Shown: positions 60,134-64,000 of the stretch, in pieces
Layout of the letters: every line of letters begins with the position of its first letter
Position numbering within the stretch: position 1 is the first letter of the stretch
From: Blastocatellia bacterium
Lineage (GTDB): Bacteria; Acidobacteriota; Blastocatellia; UBA7656
NCBI GenBank assembly: GCA_963765495.1
Contig: CAVXWP010000009.1
Span: 1-64,000, forward strand
Length of the DNA stretch: 64,000 nt
Reading direction: 5' to 3'
Made by a program: the position numbers and the translations under genes
The notes under the pieces: model-generated
What the model was told of the DNA's origin: nothing
The model's input: only the letters and a program-made list of their open reading frames with translations
Databases searched by the model: none

Positions 60134-61024
60134 ATGCTTGAGATTGCGAATTTGAGAGGATGCGGGACGGCTCTTGTAACACCGTTCAAGGAAGATTTAT
60201 CTATTGACGAGGAGGCATTGCGCCGCCTTGTCGAGTTCCAGATTACAGAGGGCATAGATTTTCTGGTCCCCTGCGGCACTACCGGCGAAAGCGCCACGAT
60301 GAGCGATGAGGAACAACGCCGCGTGGTCGAGATAGTATTGCAGGAGGCTCGCGGACGCGTGCAGGTCATCGCCGGAGCGGGCGGCAATAATACGGCTCAC
60401 GTCATAGAGCTTGCCAGAGAGTATGAGCGATTGGGTGTGCGCGGGCTGCTTTCGGTTTCGCCTTATTACAACAAACCGAATCAGGAAGGCGTCTATCAGC
60501 ACTTTCGCGCCGTAGCCGAAGCCACCGACTTGCCCGTTATTGTTTACAATGTGCCGCCGCGAACCTCGGTCAACATACTGCCCGATACCCTTCTGCGGCT
60601 GGCCGAGATCGCAAACATCGTCGGAGTCAAGGAGGCATCGGGCGACATATCGCAGATCGCCGAGATCGCCACCCGCGCACCCGAGGGGTTCAAGATACTT
60701 TCAGGTGACGATTCGATCACCCTGCCTTTGATGGCGCTCGGCGGGGCGGGAGTGATATCGGTCGCATCAAATCAAGCGCCCCGCCAGATAACGGCGCTCA
60801 CAAGAGCATGTCTTGAAAATGACTGGGACGAGGCGCGGAGGCTTAACCGGGAATTATTCCCGTTGATGAAGGCAAACTTCATCGAACCAAATCCCGGCCC
60901 GGTCAAGGCGGGGCTTGCCCTGATGGGCAGGATCAAAGAGGTCTATCGCCTGCCGATGGTTCCGGTTCAGGCCGAAACAAAAGAGAGACTGCGCTCAATT
61001 CTGGTTGATCTGAAACTGGTCTGA
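60134..61024 (+). CDS. dapA: 4-hydroxy-tetrahydrodipicolinate synthase
   Basis: ALVTPF, GTTGES, PYYNKP, YNVP and GVKEASG motifs. Confidence 0.96.
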   Translation: MLEIANLRGCGTALVTPFKEDLSIDEEALRRLVEFQITEGIDFLVPCGTTGESATMSDEEQRRVVEIVLQEARGRVQVIAGAGGNNTAHVIELAREYERLGVRGLLSVSPYYNKPNQEGVYQHFRAVAEATDLPVIVYNVPPRTSVNILPDTLLRLAEIANIVGVKEASGDISQIAEIATRAPEGFKILSGDDSITLPLMALGGAGVISVASNQAPRQITALTRACLENDWDEARRLNRELFPLMKANFIEPNPGPVKAGLALMGRIKEVYRLPMVPVQAETKERLRSILVDLKLV

Positions 61025-61111
61025 TCAGGATTAAATCCGAAACCGTTGCCTGCTCTGCGCCTTTAACAGAGCCTGGCGCTCATAAAATGGTGTCCATAAA
61101 GAAGACGTCCG

Positions 61112-61951
61112 ATGGAGAATATGGAGTTAGCCGAAAAAATCAAAGAGCTTTTTGACAGCGGGGCCGATGAATTTACGGATGAGCATTACCGCCTGTTTGA
61201 TGAATTCAAACAGAAGCTCAATCGGGGCGAGGCGCGAGCGGCGGAAAAAGTTGACGGCCGATGGAGAGTGAATCGCTGGGTCAAACAGGGAATCCTTCTC
61301 GGATTTCGCCTTGGGCGCGTCGAGAATTTTTCTACCGGCTTTCAGTTCCGCTACTACGACAAGCACACATTTCCGCTCAAGCGCATCTCAATCAACGACG
61401 GCGTGCGAATCGTTCCGGGCGGGTCTTCAATCCGCGACGGCTGCTATATAGGGCGCGGCGTCACCTGCATGCCGCCGATGTTTGTAAACGCAGGCGCATA
61501 CGTTGACGACGAAACGATGATTGATTCGCACGCGCTGGTAGGTTCATGCGCGCAGGTGGGAAAGCGGGTCCATTTATCTGCTGCCGCGCAAATAGGCGGC
61601 GTGCTTGAGCCCATAGGCGAGATGCCCGTAATAATCGAAGACGATGTGCTGGTGGGCGGCAATTGCGGGGTGTATGAGGGCGCTATCGTGCGCGAACGCG
61701 CCGTGCTTGCGGCGGGCACGATACTGACGGGCGGCACTCCGGTCTACGATCTGGCGCGCGATCAGGTCTATCGCAAGACCGCCGACCAGCCGCTTGAAAT
61801 CCCGGCGGGCGCGGTCGTAGTTCCCGGCTCACGCGCCATCACCAAAGGCCGGGGCGCTGAACTCGGCCTTTCCGTCTACACGCCCATCATTATCAAGTAC
61901 CGGGATGAGAAGACCGATCAATCGGTCCAGCTTGAAGATTATTTAAGATAG
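61112..61951 (+). CDS. dapD: Tetrahydrodipicolinate N-succinyltransferase
   Basis: WVKQGILLGF, GSCAQVGKRVHLS and IGGVLEP motifs. Confidence 0.95.
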   Translation: MENMELAEKIKELFDSGADEFTDEHYRLFDEFKQKLNRGEARAAEKVDGRWRVNRWVKQGILLGFRLGRVENFSTGFQFRYYDKHTFPLKRISINDGVRIVPGGSSIRDGCYIGRGVTCMPPMFVNAGAYVDDETMIDSHALVGSCAQVGKRVHLSAAAQIGGVLEPIGEMPVIIEDDVLVGGNCGVYEGAIVRERAVLAAGTILTGGTPVYDLARDQVYRKTADQPLEIPAGAVVVPGSRAITKGRGAELGLSVYTPIIIKYRDEKTDQSVQLEDYLR

Positions 61952-62080
61952 AGGCAAACCCGAGCCGATAGCGACTGGTCTGTTCGAATTTGAATGGTTG
62001 GGAAGACGGCGGATTTCCAGAGATCAGATTCCTCTCGACTCCAGGACTACCGACCCCCGGCCCCCGACCCCTGGCCCCCG

Positions 62081-63736
62081 CTACTGCCTATCTGCTCTTG
62101 CGCGCTGCGCGTTGTCGGCCAGCATACGGGCCTGATCGAGCGAGTCGAGCGCCTTGAGCATCTGAACATCATCGGATAACAGATAAACCTGATCGCCCGC
62201 TTCCGGGCCGTAGGCGGCAGTGACGATCTCGCGCCGTATCTGGGAACGAATGTAATTCAGATTAGCCGTAAATTGCTCGTCGGTGACATTGAATTGCGGG
62301 CGGGTTGAAATATGCTGCCGGAAGGCCGCTAACATCTCTTCGGTCACGGGATAGCGATTGAGGTCTTCCTCAGTAGGCTGTGGATTATTCGATGTCTCGG
62401 AGATGCGATACTGACGCATCCCGGCTATCTGCCCCTGGACAAGCTGGCGCACGAAATCGAAGGCTCCGTAAAAGAGCTTGCGCCGCACAACTCCGGTCTC
62501 GGGCGATTTCACTTCAATATCGGGAGTAATGCCGCCACCACCATAAACCGTGCGTCCGAGGTCGGTCTGAAGCGCGTCTCCGTGTGGCGCGCTCTTGATA
62601 CCTTCTTCGTCTTCGGTCCGGTTGTTGTAATAATCGTAGAAGCTGACCTTTGAATAATCGCGTTGAATCAGGCGTCCGGTCGGCGTGTAATACTTCGCAG
62701 TCGTAAGCGTAAGTCCCGCGCCTCCCCACAACCGGATGACGCTTTGCACAAGCCCTTTTCCAAAGCTGTTTTCGCCCACTATCAGGGCACGGTCGTGGTC
62801 CTGTAGCGCGCCCACTACGATCTCGGATGCCGAAGCGGTCCCGCGATTTATCAACAGAACCATAGGCATCGTTTCAGGTTCGTTGTTTAAGGGCACTTCA
62901 TATGTGCGCTCGCCGCGCGAATCGCGCCCGCGCTGGTCGAGTATCTTCAAACCCGGGGCCAGAAACTTCTGCGCTACCTCGATGGCCTGATCGAGCAAAC
63001 CGCCCACGTTGCCGCGAAGGTCGAGTACGAGTTGCCGCATTCCTTCTTTATTCAACTGATCGAGCGCTGCTGTCAGTTCTTCCGAAGTCTTGCTGGAAAA
63101 ACCGCCTGTGAGCGCAATATACCCGATGCCGGTCTTTCCCACCATGAATGCGTTTCTGACCGAAGGCAATCTCACTTCGTCGCGGCGAAGCGGGACGATG
63201 ATGGGGTTTGGCGCGCCCGCCCGCTGAACCGTCAGTTCGACAACTTCGCCAAGCTCGCCGCGCACGCGATGCATCACCTGATCGGCCGTCCACTCTTCGG
63301 CATTCTGGCCGTCAACAGCCACCACGGCATCGCCGTAACGCAGACCCGCCTTCGCAGCCGGACCTTCGGGCACCACCGAAATTATATAGACCCGATCATA
63401 GCGTTTTTGAATCGTCACCCCGATGCCGTAGATTCGGCTTCGGGTCTCGGTTTGAAGATCGTCGAATTCCGCTTTTGTGAAGAAAGCCGAATGCGGGTCG
63501 AGCGTGGAAAGCATCCCCTGTATCGAGTTCTTGCCCAATATCTCAAGGTCAGCCTTCCCGGCGTAGTTGTCCTGAACCGCGTTGAGCGCCTCTTCAAACT
63601 CTCTGGACAGATCATAAGGGACTATGGATTCGGTCGCGGTCGCATGATTTGCGCGCGAGGATTCGTAATAGCCGCCCGCAAGCGATGCTGCCGCGATTAC
63701 AGCAACCATAAATAGCAGCATCACCCTGTTTTTCAT
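62081..63736 (-). CDS. S41 C-terminal processing protease (PDZ domain)
   Basis: LDPHS, DLRGNVGG, TASASEIV, FGKGLVQ and GITPD motifs. Confidence 0.93.
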   Translation of the reverse strand: MKNRVMLLFMVAVIAAASLAGGYYESSRANHATATESIVPYDLSREFEEALNAVQDNYAGKADLEILGKNSIQGMLSTLDPHSAFFTKAEFDDLQTETRSRIYGIGVTIQKRYDRVYIISVVPEGPAAKAGLRYGDAVVAVDGQNAEEWTADQVMHRVRGELGEVVELTVQRAGAPNPIIVPLRRDEVRLPSVRNAFMVGKTGIGYIALTGGFSSKTSEELTAALDQLNKEGMRQLVLDLRGNVGGLLDQAIEVAQKFLAPGLKILDQRGRDSRGERTYEVPLNNEPETMPMVLLINRGTASASEIVVGALQDHDRALIVGENSFGKGLVQSVIRLWGGAGLTLTTAKYYTPTGRLIQRDYSKVSFYDYYNNRTEDEEGIKSAPHGDALQTDLGRTVYGGGGITPDIEVKSPETGVVRRKLFYGAFDFVRQLVQGQIAGMRQYRISETSNNPQPTEEDLNRYPVTEEMLAAFRQHISTRPQFNVTDEQFTANLNYIRSQIRREIVTAAYGPEAGDQVYLLSDDVQMLKALDSLDQARMLADNAQRARADRQ

Positions 63737-63817
63737 AAACCCTGACTCCTTACAATTGAGCATAATATAAAAGGCGAACCCACGTCAAAAGGCTGGCGCG
63801 CAGGCCGCGCCACATAG

Positions 63818-64000
<183 letters not shown>

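Overview
Bases 1-~50,000 are a large chromosomal integron cassette array heavily invaded by mobile elements. It has about 28 attC sites on the + strand (4.4-33.5 kb) and a converging, inverted arm with 4 complete and 2 broken attC on the - strand (36.2-47.7 kb). No intI or attI is visible in the window. Cassettes carry many toxin-antitoxin pairs, secreted proteins and a 10-member family of ORF-less cassettes. Invaders include nested group II introns and IS1, IS3, IS4, IS5, IS200, IS701/ISH3, ISAs1, ISNCY and IS110 elements. The most notable system is a set of related IS110 elements whose putative bridge-RNA guides can be read from the sequence. One type targets the attC R' box. Another full-length type and a 311-bp transposase-less element target the right end of the first type, and ~88-bp ends-only elements also occur. 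Together they build tandem stacks at attC sites. Bases ~50,200-64,000 are ordinary core genome (bcp, tdk, asd-lysC-dapB-dapA-dapD, S41 protease), probably from an Acidobacteriota (Blastocatellia-like) host; the host assignment is inference. The 497-nt poly(A) and a C-depleted IS3 copy suggest local consensus errors. All coordinates and alignments were read by eye.
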